Shown here one piece after another: positions 32,096 through 44,162 of a stretch of 64,000 bases of DNA (position 1 is its first letter; every line of letters begins with the position of its first letter). The DNA comes from an uncultured Pelagibacteraceae bacterium. Lineage in GTDB: Bacteria; Pseudomonadota; Alphaproteobacteria; Pelagibacterales; Pelagibacteraceae. Both the position numbers and the translations under genes were made by a program. The notes under the pieces are model-generated. The model was not told where the DNA came from and ran no database searches. It saw only the letters and a list, made by a program, of their open reading frames with translations. The stretch lies in the NCBI GenBank assembly GCA_902543295.1, contig CACBXW010000003.1, positions 134,598-198,597 of the forward strand, given 5' to 3'.

Positions 32096-32964
32096 TAAGT
32101 TAATTTTCCTACTAGCAAAATTATTAAAATAATAAGACCCAAAAGATTGTTGCTTTTAAATTTTCTTAAGCAGTCATTCCCATTTTCAGTTTTTAATTTG
32201 AGAGATTGAAAAATTAACAAATGAGTTAAAGGCACTATTAAAGCAATGTAATATAAATAATTAAAATTCATTTTATAACCAACAAGAAACAATGATATTA
32301 AAAATATAATGTAACAAAACGATATAAATTTTTTTGGGTTATTTTTAAATTTAATCGATGTTGATTTAACTCCAATTATTTCATCATCATTAATATCTTG
32401 ATATCCATATATTGTGTCGTAACCTAATGTCCAAAATGTGGCTCCTAAATAAAATATAATTGGTACTATAGAAACTTCATTTTGAATGGATATCCATGCC
32501 AAAACTAGACCGTAATTAAAAGTAATACCTAAAAAAAGTTGAGGCCAGTAAGTAAATCTTTTCATTAATGGATATGTAAAAGCCAGCGGCATTGAAAGAA
32601 GAGCCATATAAATGGTAAATTTATTAAAATTTATCAAAACTAAAAACGCGATTAAACATAAGATTGCAGCATATATTGCAGCATTAAATACAGAAATTTT
32701 TTCTGACGCGATTGGTCTATTTTTTGTTCTTTCGACTAACTTGTCAATTTTTCTATCACTTATATCGTTAACAATACATCCTGCTGATCTCATTAGGACA
32801 GATCCAGAAAAAAATAAAAAAGCATAAATAAAATAAGTATTTAAAGAAAGAGAAAAATCATATGAAATTGTTAAACCCCAAACACATGGCCAAAATAGAA
32901 GCATGAAACCAATTGGTTTATTAAGTCTTGTTAATTCAATAAAAATTTTAACCTTTTCAGACAT
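32095..32964 (-). CDS. ubiA: 4-hydroxybenzoate polyprenyltransferase
   Basis: NDISDRKIDKLVERTKNRP (Nx3Dx3D) and a second Asp-rich motif (YGYQDINDD). Multi-TM protein. Confidence 0.85.
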   Translation of the reverse strand: MSEKVKIFIELTRLNKPIGFMLLFWPCVWGLTISYDFSLSLNTYFIYAFLFFSGSVLMRSAGCIVNDISDRKIDKLVERTKNRPIASEKISVFNAAIYAAILCLIAFLVLINFNKFTIYMALLSMPLAFTYPLMKRFTYWPQLFLGITFNYGLVLAWISIQNEVSIVPIIFYLGATFWTLGYDTIYGYQDINDDEIIGVKSTSIKFKNNPKKFISFCYIIFLISLFLVGYKMNFNYLYYIALIVPLTHLLIFQSLKLKTENGNDCLRKFKSNNLLGLIILIILLVGKLT

Positions 32965-33013
32965 AATTTACTTGTAAATAACAAAGCGTAGATTCATAAT
33001 CAAACTGATTCGC

Positions 33014-33421
33014 ATGAATATTGATTACACTGTTACCGCATTAATGTTTCCCGCCATTCCTTTGATTATGGCTGTCTATAGTAATAGATTTCATACATTA
33101 AGCGGTTTGATTAGAAAAATACACGACGAATATGTTTTCGAAAAGCATACTCCACCAGAGTGGAAGCAGCAGCTAATTAATTTAAATGATAGAGTAAAAA
33201 ATTTAAGAATTACTATACTTTTTGCAGCATTTGGTTTTTTATTTAATATGCTTACTGTTTTTGCTCTTTATTTAGAGACATATTTTTTAGCTAGAATTAT
33301 ATTCGGATCTTGTTGTTTATCCATGATGGTATCAATAATATTTTTTATAAGAGAAATACAAATCTCAACTAGAGCGTTAAGACTTCATCTTTCAGATATG
33401 GATGATCAATTTAAGGAATAA
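33014..33421 (+). CDS. Small membrane protein (DUF2721-like)
   Basis: 135 aa with three hydrophobic segments and an amphipathic central helix. The family call is tentative. Confidence 0.45.
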   Translation: MNIDYTVTALMFPAIPLIMAVYSNRFHTLSGLIRKIHDEYVFEKHTPPEWKQQLINLNDRVKNLRITILFAAFGFLFNMLTVFALYLETYFLARIIFGSCCLSMMVSIIFFIREIQISTRALRLHLSDMDDQFKE

Positions 33422-34382
33422 TAACTGCTGGTCCAGTTAAAACCCTATTCTCCAAATCTATATGAGCTTGTTTAGCTTCACTTAATTTATATTTTTTAGA
33501 AACTTCAATTTTTATCTTTCCTGAAAGAACTGCATCAAAAACCAATTTAGCGGATTTATCTAATTCATCTCTTGTAATTGTATAATGCATTATTGACGGT
33601 CTTGTAAAAAAAAGACCTTTTGTATTTATATGTTTTTTGACATCTATAGTGTGAACATATCCAGATGCATTTCCAAATGCTACCATCATCCCTCTAATTT
33701 TTAAACATTCTATTGATCCCTCAAAAGTTTTTGCTCCAACACCATCATAGACAACATCTATTCCGTTTTTACCTACTATTTTTTCAACTTCTTCCACAAA
33801 ATTATGATCTGTATAATTGATGACATGATGACACCCATTTTTTTTTGCTATATCAACTTTTTCTTTAGATCCGACTGTTCCAATGACTTCACATCCTAAT
33901 GCATTAGCCCACTGGCATAATATTTGACCAACACCACCAGCTGCAGCATGAAATAAAACTTTATCTCCTTTTTTTACAGCATATGATCTGTGTAACAAAT
34001 ATTCTGAAGTTATTCCTTTTAATAAAATACAAGAAGCTATTTCATCTGAAATACCTTCAGGCACGGTAACTAACTTTTCTTCTGGCATTATTTGTTTTTC
34101 TGAATATCCACTTATTGGAGCAGATGCATGACTTACTCGATCTCCAACTTTAAAAAGACTTACTTCTGAGCCAATTTCTTCAACTACTCCAGATGCTTCT
34201 AATCCAAGTCCACTTGGTAATTCAATCGGATACAAACCTGTTCGATGGTAAACATCAATATAATTAAGTCCAACTGACAAATTTTTAACTAGAACTTCCT
34301 TTGGACCAGGTTTACCAATTTCAATATCCTTGTATTCTAAGACTTCTGGACCTCCAAACTTTTCAAATCTTATAGCTTTCAT
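33411..34382 (-). CDS. qor: NADPH:quinone oxidoreductase (zeta-crystallin-type MDR)
   Basis: MDR fold with the AAGGVG nucleotide motif and no zinc ligands. Length 323 aa. Confidence 0.8.
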   Translation of the reverse strand: MKAIRFEKFGGPEVLEYKDIEIGKPGPKEVLVKNLSVGLNYIDVYHRTGLYPIELPSGLGLEASGVVEEIGSEVSLFKVGDRVSHASAPISGYSEKQIMPEEKLVTVPEGISDEIASCILLKGITSEYLLHRSYAVKKGDKVLFHAAAGGVGQILCQWANALGCEVIGTVGSKEKVDIAKKNGCHHVINYTDHNFVEEVEKIVGKNGIDVVYDGVGAKTFEGSIECLKIRGMMVAFGNASGYVHTIDVKKHINTKGLFFTRPSIMHYTITRDELDKSAKLVFDAVLSGKIKIEVSKKYKLSEAKQAHIDLENRVLTGPAVIIP

Positions 34383-34384
34383 AT

Positions 34385-35230
34385 TTACTTTACGAAATTA
34401 CCATTATGGTAATCATCAATTGCTTGAAGTATTTCTTGTTTGGTATTCATGACGAATGGGCCACCTCTTGCAATCTGTTCTCCTATCGGTTTTCCAGATA
34501 TTAGTAAAAATTTAGCGTTTGTTAAAGCGGTTACTTTCAAGTTTTCACCTCTAGATAATAAAATTAAAGTAGAGTCTTTAACACTTTCATGTTTATTGTT
34601 TCCAATTTCTATCTCACCTTCAATTAAATATATGAATGAATTATGTGTGGATGGAACTTGATGATTAAAAGTTTTACTTTCATTTAATTCGACATCAAAA
34701 TAAATTGGATCTACATTGTGTTTTTTTATTGGACCTTCTGAATTTTCAAACTTTCCAGCTATTACTTTTATAAATTTATCTTCATCTTTATGTGTGCTCA
34801 TTTTATCAGAGTCTATATAATGGTATTCTGGTTTGCTCATCTTTTCGCTAGCAGGCATATTAATCCATAATTGAAAACCATGAAGTTTTCCATCGTTCAT
34901 AGCTGGCATTTCAGAATGAATTATTCCACTACCAGTTTTCATCCACTGAACATCTCCTGCAGTCATTTTTCCTTGACCACCTGTACTATCTTTATGTTCA
35001 AAACTACCAGCTAACATGTATGTAACTGTTTCAATTCCTCTGTGTGGATGAGGAGGAAAGCCTGCAATATAATCATCTTTATTTTCTGATCCAAATTCAT
35101 CTAACATTAAAAATGGATCATAATAATTTGGTTCAACGCCAATACTTCTTTTTAATTTAACTCCTGCTCCATCTGATGCTGGTGTTGGATCTATAATTTT
35201 TTCTACTTCGATATTTATCATGTTGTTCAT
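34385..35230 (-). CDS. Pirin family protein
   Basis: Bicupin with metal-site motif HPHRGIETVTYM...HKDS.G. Length 281 aa. Confidence 0.85.
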   Translation of the reverse strand: MNNMINIEVEKIIDPTPASDGAGVKLKRSIGVEPNYYDPFLMLDEFGSENKDDYIAGFPPHPHRGIETVTYMLAGSFEHKDSTGGQGKMTAGDVQWMKTGSGIIHSEMPAMNDGKLHGFQLWINMPASEKMSKPEYHYIDSDKMSTHKDEDKFIKVIAGKFENSEGPIKKHNVDPIYFDVELNESKTFNHQVPSTHNSFIYLIEGEIEIGNNKHESVKDSTLILLSRGENLKVTALTNAKFLLISGKPIGEQIARGGPFVMNTKQEILQAIDDYHNGNFVK

Positions 35231-35241
35231 ATAGGATATAT

Positions 35242-35904
35242 CTAAATTAAATCAAGTAATTCTGATAAATTACTTATTTGTTTGTTAGGTTCAAAATCTA
35301 ATTTATCAAAAATATTATTATTTCTATTCACCCAAACAGTGTTGTATCCATAATTTCCTGCACCAGATACATCCCATGTATTTGCACTTAAGAATAAAAC
35401 TTCGTCCTTTTCAATATTATATTTATTGATTGGAAGGTCGTAAACTTTTGAATCTGGTTTAAAAATACCAACTTCTTCTACAGAAAAAATATCATCAAAA
35501 ATATCTTTCAATTGATTACTAACAACAAGTTCATTTAAAAGGTCAGGTGTACCATTTGATAGAATTGCCAATTTATAATTTGATTGTTTTAATTTATTTA
35601 AAGCATCCCTTACTTCTGTAAATGGTGAAAGCACTTTATATAAATTCAATAGTTCTGATCTCATTGCATTATCAATATTGTAAAAATTCATAGATTTGTC
35701 CAAACTATCTTCGGTGATTTGCCAAAAATCTCTATGTCTTTTCATTAAACTTCTAAGCCAAGTATATTCAAGTTGTGTAGTTCTCCAATAATTAGCAAAT
35801 CCTTCCCATTTATCGCCCAATCTTTCTTTGCATTTTTCGGCAGCAGAATTAACATCAAATAAAGTTCCATATGCATCAAATATGATTGCTTTAATATTTT
35901 TCAT
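35242..35904 (-). CDS. Haloacid dehalogenase, type II (HAD superfamily)
   Basis: Motif I IIFDAYGTLFDV, plus ILSNG and a C-terminal FLSANTWDVSGA, as in L-2-haloacid dehalogenases. Confidence 0.75.
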   Translation of the reverse strand: MKNIKAIIFDAYGTLFDVNSAAEKCKERLGDKWEGFANYWRTTQLEYTWLRSLMKRHRDFWQITEDSLDKSMNFYNIDNAMRSELLNLYKVLSPFTEVRDALNKLKQSNYKLAILSNGTPDLLNELVVSNQLKDIFDDIFSVEEVGIFKPDSKVYDLPINKYNIEKDEVLFLSANTWDVSGAGNYGYNTVWVNRNNNIFDKLDFEPNKQISNLSELLDLI

Positions 35905-35921
35905 AAATTAATTTAAATATA

Positions 35922-36620
35922 ATGAGCAATATTAGAATATTTTATCCAGAAAAATTATCAATTAATTTAGAAACTAATTTAACTAAGTCACAATCACATT
36001 ATCTATTGAAAGTAATGAGGATTAAACAAGGAGAGACCTTCTCTGTTTTTAATAAATCTGGAGAATGGAAGTCAATTGTAACTGAAATTTCAAAAAGCAG
36101 CTTAAATTTCAAGGTAGTTGAACAGTTGAGACAAAAAGATAAAGAGCAAGAAATCTGGTTAGCCTTCTCACCTATTAAATCAAACTATTTTAACTTCATG
36201 ATACAAAAAGCAACTGAGCTTGGAGTAACAAAATTTGTACCAATTATTTCTGAAAGGACAATTGTTAGAAAAATAAATAATGAGAGACTAAATAAAATAA
36301 TTATAGAGTCGTGCGAGCAAAGTAATAGAATAAATATTCCTTCAATTGAAAAACCTCAATCATTAGATAAATTCCTATCTAACAATTCAGATATCAATTT
36401 AATTTTTGGAGATTTAAATACAAATAATAAAAAAATTAAAATTTCAAATTCAAAACCAAATTGTCTTTTAATTGGTCCTGAAGGGGATTATTCAGCCAGT
36501 GAAATTAAAAAGATTCTAAACTTTAAAGGGTCTCAATCGATAAAACTAAGCGATAACATTTTAAGGTCTGAAACTGCGGTTATATCCGCGTTATCTGTGA
36601 TCAATTATTTGCAAAATTGA
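35922..36620 (+). CDS. rsmE: 16S rRNA (uracil1498-N3)-methyltransferase RsmE
   Basis: PUA-like N-terminus (HYLLKVMRIKQGE) and a SPOUT C-terminus with IGPEGDYS and LRSETA. Confidence 0.85.
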   Translation: MSNIRIFYPEKLSINLETNLTKSQSHYLLKVMRIKQGETFSVFNKSGEWKSIVTEISKSSLNFKVVEQLRQKDKEQEIWLAFSPIKSNYFNFMIQKATELGVTKFVPIISERTIVRKINNERLNKIIIESCEQSNRINIPSIEKPQSLDKFLSNNSDINLIFGDLNTNNKKIKISNSKPNCLLIGPEGDYSASEIKKILNFKGSQSIKLSDNILRSETAVISALSVINYLQN

Positions 36621-36679
36621 TAAATTGTCGCGAATTCTCTAGTATTTTTTATAATATTTTCGATCTATATAGAAAACAA

Positions 36680-39129
<2,450 letters not shown>

Positions 39130-39155
39130 TAACGTCTTAAGATATAAAAATTAAA

Positions 39156-40064
39156 ATGGCTACGACGTATTCTAAAGTAAAAAAATCGTATTACGAACTA
39201 GGTATTATTCCTGAATTATTAAAATTAATGAAACCAAGAGTAATGTCTCTTGTTATCTTTACTTGTGCAGTTGGTCTATTAACGGCTCCTACTTCAGTCT
39301 CATTTCAACAATCAGTGATTGGGATATTAATTGTAGCCTTTGGTGCAGGAGCAGCAGGAGCACTTAACATGTGGTATGAAGCTGACTTAGATAAACTAAT
39401 GTCAAGAACTTGCCTGCGCCCAATTCCAAGAGGAAAGCTGAACAGAAACCAAGCATTATATTTTGGAACATCTCTGTCAGTTATTTCAGTTGTAAGTTTA
39501 TACTTTGTTACAAATGCTTTATCAGCATTTCTATTATTGTTTACGATATTATTTTACGTATTTGTTTATACAATTTGGTTAAAAAGAAAAACTCCACAAA
39601 ATATTGTTATAGGCGGTGCATCAGGAGCTTTACCACCAGTAATTGGATGGGCAATAGCAACAAATTCTATTTCGTTGGAGTCGATTGCTTTTTTCTTAAT
39701 AATTTTCTTTTGGACACCATCACACTTTTGGGCATTAAGCTTGTATAAAGCTGATGATTATAAAAAAGCAGGAATTCCAATGCTTCCAGTAACTAATGGA
39801 ATTCAGGATACTAAAAAGAATATTCTAATTTATTCTTTGCTAATGATACCTACAATTGTTTTCCCATATTACATTGGATTTGTTGGTGAAGTATTTTTAT
39901 CTTTTAGCTTACTACTTACATTTTATTATAATTTAATTTGTTATCAGCTTTACAACTTTAAATATGGAAAATTTAACATAAAGAAAGCTAGACATATTTT
40001 TAGCTATTCAATTATTTATTTATTTTTAATATTTGTTTTTTTCTTAGTGGATAAAATTTTATGA
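39156..40064 (+). CDS. ctaB: Protoheme IX farnesyltransferase (heme O synthase)
   Basis: UbiA-family multi-TM protein within the cox cluster. Contains the M.RT..RP motif (MSRTCLRPIPRG). Confidence 0.9.
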   Translation: MATTYSKVKKSYYELGIIPELLKLMKPRVMSLVIFTCAVGLLTAPTSVSFQQSVIGILIVAFGAGAAGALNMWYEADLDKLMSRTCLRPIPRGKLNRNQALYFGTSLSVISVVSLYFVTNALSAFLLLFTILFYVFVYTIWLKRKTPQNIVIGGASGALPPVIGWAIATNSISLESIAFFLIIFFWTPSHFWALSLYKADDYKKAGIPMLPVTNGIQDTKKNILIYSLLMIPTIVFPYYIGFVGEVFLSFSLLLTFYYNLICYQLYNFKYGKFNIKKARHIFSYSIIYLFLIFVFFLVDKIL

Positions 40065-40186
40065 TAGTTAAAGATCAAAAATTAAAGAAGAAAAATTTAT
40101 GGACAGCAGTTGGTTTGGTTGCATTTATAGTTTTCTTATTCATTTTCACATTATTTAATATTGGAGTATTCGAAAGACCTCTATGA
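40061..40186 (+). CDS. Small single-TM protein (41 aa) between ctaB and ctaG, CoxF-like position
   Basis: Hand translation: MIVKDQKLKKKNLWTAVGLVAFIVFLFIFTLFNIGVFERPL*. Its ATG overlaps the ctaB stop (ATGA) and its stop overlaps the ctaG ATG (ATGA). It is below the ORF-track cutoff. Confidence 0.6.
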   Translation: MIVKDQKLKKKNLWTAVGLVAFIVFLFIFTLFNIGVFERPL

Positions 40187-40731
40187 TTAAAAAAAATACT
40201 TTAACTCCACTAATTCTTGCAGGAATTTTTGTCTTCATGTTAGGATTGTCTTTTGCAGCTGTGCCTTTGTATGATTTATTTTGTAGAGTAACTGGCTTTG
40301 GCGGAACAACACAAATATCCAAAGAGGCTCCTAATATAGTTTTAGATAAAAAAATAAATGTAAGATTAGATACCAATGTTAACAGTGCTCTTGATTGGAA
40401 CTTTGATGTTGATCAAAAAACAATGGATGTTCAGCCAGGCAAGGTATACAGAATTAAATTTGAAGTGGAAAACACGGGAGACGAAATTTCATCTGCTGTA
40501 GCTACATATAATGTTTCTCCATCATCATTCGGAGCATATTTTAATAAATTAGGCTGTTTTTGCTTTGAAAAACAAACATTAGATCCGGGGGAAAAGGCAA
40601 GTTACACCCTGGTTTTTTACCTAGATCCAGAATTAGTAAATGATCCAAAAACATCTAGAGTTGAAGATGTTACTATGTCATATACTTTTTTCTCATCTGA
40701 ATATTATAAAAACGAAAAAAAAGAGAGTTAA
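40183..40731 (+). CDS. ctaG: Cytochrome c oxidase assembly (copper chaperone) protein CtaG/Cox11
   Basis: N-terminal TM segment and the CFCF copper-binding motif (LGCFCFEKQ). Confidence 0.92.
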   Translation: MIKKNTLTPLILAGIFVFMLGLSFAAVPLYDLFCRVTGFGGTTQISKEAPNIVLDKKINVRLDTNVNSALDWNFDVDQKTMDVQPGKVYRIKFEVENTGDEISSAVATYNVSPSSFGAYFNKLGCFCFEKQTLDPGEKASYTLVFYLDPELVNDPKTSRVEDVTMSYTFFSSEYYKNEKKES

Positions 40732-40736
40732 AATAA

Positions 40737-41528
40737 ATGTCTGCATCAGGTCAAAAACATGATTATCATTTAGTTGACCCTAGTCCTTGGCCTTTAGCTA
40801 CATCTATAGCAACACTAGTTACAGCAGTTGGATCTGTTTATTATTTTCACAGTAAAGTTATGTGGGCAATGGTTTTAGGTTTTTTACTTATAATTTATTG
40901 TGCCTTTATGTGGTTCAGAGATGTTGTAATCGAAGCTGAGCACAAAGGTCATCATACACCTGTTGTTCAAATTCATCATAGATATGGAATGACATTATTT
41001 ATTGCTTCTGAGGTAATGTTTTTTGTTGCATGGTTTTGGGCATACTTTGATGCAAGTTTGTTTCCAAATGAATTCATGGGAAATGTATGGCCACCAAAAG
41101 ATATTGAAACTTTTGATCCATGGGACATCCCACTTATAAATACTCTTGTCCTACTTTTATCTGGTACAACAGTAACTTGGGCACACCATTCTTTATTAGA
41201 GGATGATAGAAAAGGATTTATAAATGGTCTAATCTGTACAGTAATTTTAGGAGCATTTTTTACGTTATTGCAAATATACGAATACCAACACGCTACATTT
41301 AGTTTTTCAGGTCATATTTATGGAGCTACATTCTATATGGCCACAGGGTTTCATGGTTTCCACGTTTTAGTTGGGACTATTTTTTTAGCGGTTTGCTTAT
41401 GGAGAGGTAAATTAGGACATTTTACTAAAGAACATCACTTTGGTTTCGAGGCTGCTGCTTGGTACTGGCATTTTGTTGACGTTGTCTGGTTATTCTTATT
41501 TGCAGCTATTTACATTTGGGGAAGTTAA
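40737..41528 (+). CDS. ctaE: Cytochrome c oxidase subunit III
   Basis: HDYHLVDPSPWP N-terminus and seven TM segments. Length 263 aa. Confidence 0.95.
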   Translation: MSASGQKHDYHLVDPSPWPLATSIATLVTAVGSVYYFHSKVMWAMVLGFLLIIYCAFMWFRDVVIEAEHKGHHTPVVQIHHRYGMTLFIASEVMFFVAWFWAYFDASLFPNEFMGNVWPPKDIETFDPWDIPLINTLVLLLSGTTVTWAHHSLLEDDRKGFINGLICTVILGAFFTLLQIYEYQHATFSFSGHIYGATFYMATGFHGFHVLVGTIFLAVCLWRGKLGHFTKEHHFGFEAAAWYWHFVDVVWLFLFAAIYIWGS

Positions 41529-41534
41529 TAGTTC

Positions 41535-42188
41535 TTGAAAAATAAGCTATCTTTTTCAATTTTTGTATACTTCTTTATTTTAGTTTTTTTGGCATTAGGT
41601 ACTTGGCAAATTATAAGACTAAACTGGAAGCTTGATTTAATTAATTCAATCGACCAATCTTTAAAAAGTGATCCAGTAGAATTTAATGGAAGTAATCCAA
41701 TTAACTTTAAAAAAATCAAATTTGAAGGAATATTAGATAATTCAAAAATAATTTATTTATATTCCTTAAATGAAAAAGGAGAACCAGGTTTTGATATTGT
41801 AAATCCGGTTAGTATTAACAATAAAAGTTATTTAATAAATCGAGGGTGGGTTCCAAGAGATCTTAAATCTAAAAAGTATGTTTCAAATGAAAGTAAATTT
41901 GAGGGAGTTTTAAAATTAAAAAGCAAATTTAATTATTTCAAGCCAGATAATGACGTAAATAAGAATTATTGGTTCACGCTTAAAGATGAAGATTTATTGA
42001 CCTATACAGGCAAAGAATTTTCTCCATTCATTATCAACAATATTAGCAAGCAGAAAGGAATTTATCCTCAGTCAAAACAAATAGGTGCCAATATTTCAAA
42101 CAACCACTTAAAATATGCTCTTACATGGTTTTCATTAGCCGTTTCCATTTTTTTAATATATTTATATTTTAGAAAAAAAAATTACTGA
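41535..42188 (+). CDS. SURF1 family cytochrome oxidase biogenesis protein
   Basis: LGTWQIIRLNWK and NRGWVP motifs, plus the C-terminal TM context NHLKYALTWFSLA. Confidence 0.88.
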   Translation: MKNKLSFSIFVYFFILVFLALGTWQIIRLNWKLDLINSIDQSLKSDPVEFNGSNPINFKKIKFEGILDNSKIIYLYSLNEKGEPGFDIVNPVSINNKSYLINRGWVPRDLKSKKYVSNESKFEGVLKLKSKFNYFKPDNDVNKNYWFTLKDEDLLTYTGKEFSPFIINNISKQKGIYPQSKQIGANISNNHLKYALTWFSLAVSIFLIYLYFRKKNY

Positions 42189-43561
42189 TGGAATATATAA
42201 GCACTAGAAATAATTCTGATCATTTTTCATTTAAAGACGTATTTCTGAAAGGTTTAGCTGATGATGGAGGTCTTTTTGTACCAAAGTCAATTAAACCATT
42301 TAGTAAAGATGAATTAAACAAACTAAGTGGTCTTAATTACAATGAATTAGCAGTCGAAGTAATTTTGCCATTTATTGGTGATTTTATGAGTAAAGAAGAG
42401 TTAATTTCTACAGTATCAAAATCTTACTCAAATTTTAGAGCAGAGGATGTTGTAAAAATCTCTGATTTAGGGAATTTAAAAGTCTTAGAACTCTATCATG
42501 GCCCAACACTTGCTTTTAAAGATATTGCAATGCAATTAATAGGGAATTTCTATCAATATCATTTAGGAAATGAGCAAAAAAAAATAAATATTATTGTAGC
42601 AACTTCAGGAGACACTGGTGCAGCTGCTATTGATGCTTTAAAGGGAAAAAAAAATTTAAATGTCTTTGTATTACATCCAAATAACAGAATTTCACCAGTA
42701 CAGAGAAGACTGATGACAATCCATGAAGAAAAAAATGTATTCAATATTGCTATTGAGGGAAATTTTGACGACTGTCAAAATTTAGTCAAAGCAATGTTTA
42801 ATGATGAAAAATTTTCTAGCTCAATAAATATGTCAGGTGTTAATTCGATTAATTGGGCAAGAATTGTTGCTCAAGCTGTTTATTATTTTTACGCTTATTT
42901 TAAAATAGGCAATGGACAGCCTCTGTCTTTTTCTGTCCCGACTGGAAATTTTGGAGATATTTATGCTGGTTATTTAGCAAAGAAACTCGGTCTACCAATT
43001 GATAAACTTATTGTAGCCACAAACAAAAATGACATACTTCATAGAGCAATTTCTGGTGGAGATTATACTCAAAAGAAAGTTGAGGAAACAAATACTCCTA
43101 GTATGGATATCCAGATAGCAAGTAATTTTGAGAGACTTTTATACGATGTTAAAGACTGTAATTCAGATGTTACGAAAGATGTGATGAGTAAGATAAAAAA
43201 TAATACTTATCAAATCGAAAATAGCGACTTAGACGAAATAAAAAAGAATTTTACATCTGAAATGTTAGATGAAAACGAAACTATCCAAATGATAAAAGAT
43301 GTAAATAAAGAATATAAAGTTGTAGTTGATCCACATACCGCAGTTGGAATTGGTGCTGCGAAAAAACTTGGGTTAGAACAAAATTGTGTTGTTTTATCTA
43401 CAGCACACCCATGTAAGTTTCCAAAAGCAATAGAAGATGCAATCTCAAAAACTGAAGAATTACCAGATAGTCTTAAATATGTTTATGATAGAGAAGAAAA
43501 ATTTGAAGTTATATCAAATGATATAAATAAAGTTAAAGAATACGTAATAAACTCAATATGA
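42188..43561 (+). CDS. thrC: Threonine synthase
   Basis: PLP-lysine context HGPTLAFKD and SSGDTGAA-like motif (TSGDTGAAA). Length 457 aa. Confidence 0.92.
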   Translation: MEYISTRNNSDHFSFKDVFLKGLADDGGLFVPKSIKPFSKDELNKLSGLNYNELAVEVILPFIGDFMSKEELISTVSKSYSNFRAEDVVKISDLGNLKVLELYHGPTLAFKDIAMQLIGNFYQYHLGNEQKKINIIVATSGDTGAAAIDALKGKKNLNVFVLHPNNRISPVQRRLMTIHEEKNVFNIAIEGNFDDCQNLVKAMFNDEKFSSSINMSGVNSINWARIVAQAVYYFYAYFKIGNGQPLSFSVPTGNFGDIYAGYLAKKLGLPIDKLIVATNKNDILHRAISGGDYTQKKVEETNTPSMDIQIASNFERLLYDVKDCNSDVTKDVMSKIKNNTYQIENSDLDEIKKNFTSEMLDENETIQMIKDVNKEYKVVVDPHTAVGIGAAKKLGLEQNCVVLSTAHPCKFPKAIEDAISKTEELPDSLKYVYDREEKFEVISNDINKVKEYVINSI

Positions 43562-44043
43562 AATTAAAAATAAAAGATCAAATTCCTGATATAGAAATTT
43601 TCCATCTAATAGATGGTGAACCACAAATTAGCAAAATTAGAGATATTTTAGGAAATGGTAAGATTATTTTATTTGGATTACCTGGGGCCTTTACCTCAAC
43701 TTGTTCAAAACTCCATCTACCTGGATATGTTGCTAATGCCGATAAAATAAAAGCTAAAGGAATTGAGAATATATTTTGTTTATCTGTTAATGATCCTTTT
43801 GTTATGAATGCTTGGGGAGAAGCAAACAATGCAGCTGGTAAAATTACAATGTTATCAGATCCGTATCTATTATTCACAAAAGCAATTGGAGCAGAAGTAG
43901 ATAGAAATTCAAAAGGAATGGGTATTAGATCAAATCGTTATGCGATGGTAATAGAAAACTTAGAAGTGATTAATGTTCAAGTTGAGAAAGAGACTAAGCA
44001 ATGTGGTTTATCTTCTGCAGAAGGTGTTTTAGATTTATTATAA
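43558..44043 (+). CDS. Peroxiredoxin (Prx5/type II subfamily)
   Basis: PGAFTSTCS peroxidatic Cys motif. Length 161 aa. Confidence 0.88.
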   Translation: MKLKIKDQIPDIEIFHLIDGEPQISKIRDILGNGKIILFGLPGAFTSTCSKLHLPGYVANADKIKAKGIENIFCLSVNDPFVMNAWGEANNAAGKITMLSDPYLLFTKAIGAEVDRNSKGMGIRSNRYAMVIENLEVINVQVEKETKQCGLSSAEGVLDLL

Positions 44044-44048
44044 TTAGC

Positions 44049-44074
44049 AGGGCAGTTCTGTTGCCAGGTGCCCT
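44049..44074. repeat. GC-rich hairpin, copy 1, containing the 17-mer GTTCTGTTGCCAGGTGC
   Basis: AGGGCA (44049-54) pairs with TGCCCT (44069-74), with an inner CTG/CAG pair. The 17-mer lies at 44055-44071. The hairpin starts 6 nt after the peroxiredoxin stop. Confidence 0.8.
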
Positions 44075-44134
44075 TAACTTTGTACCATTATTCGCGAATA
44101 ATTTGAATTGAAAAGTAATAAATTAAAGAATTAT

Positions 44135-44162
44135 TACGTACTGATTACGTACTAATTTTTTT
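44135..44162 (+). terminator. Weak hairpin plus T7 run (candidate terminator) made from the tandem TTACGTACT repeat
   Basis: TACGTA (44135-40) and TACGTA (44146-51) are self-complementary to each other around a 5-nt loop. CTAA and TTTTTTT (44156-62) follow. Confidence 0.3.

Noticed and set aside
36617-36679. 21-codon N-terminal extension of cytochrome oxidase subunit II in the ORF track
   Set aside because: It would overlap rsmE and would place non-signal residues in front of a textbook signal peptide that begins at the ATG at 36680.
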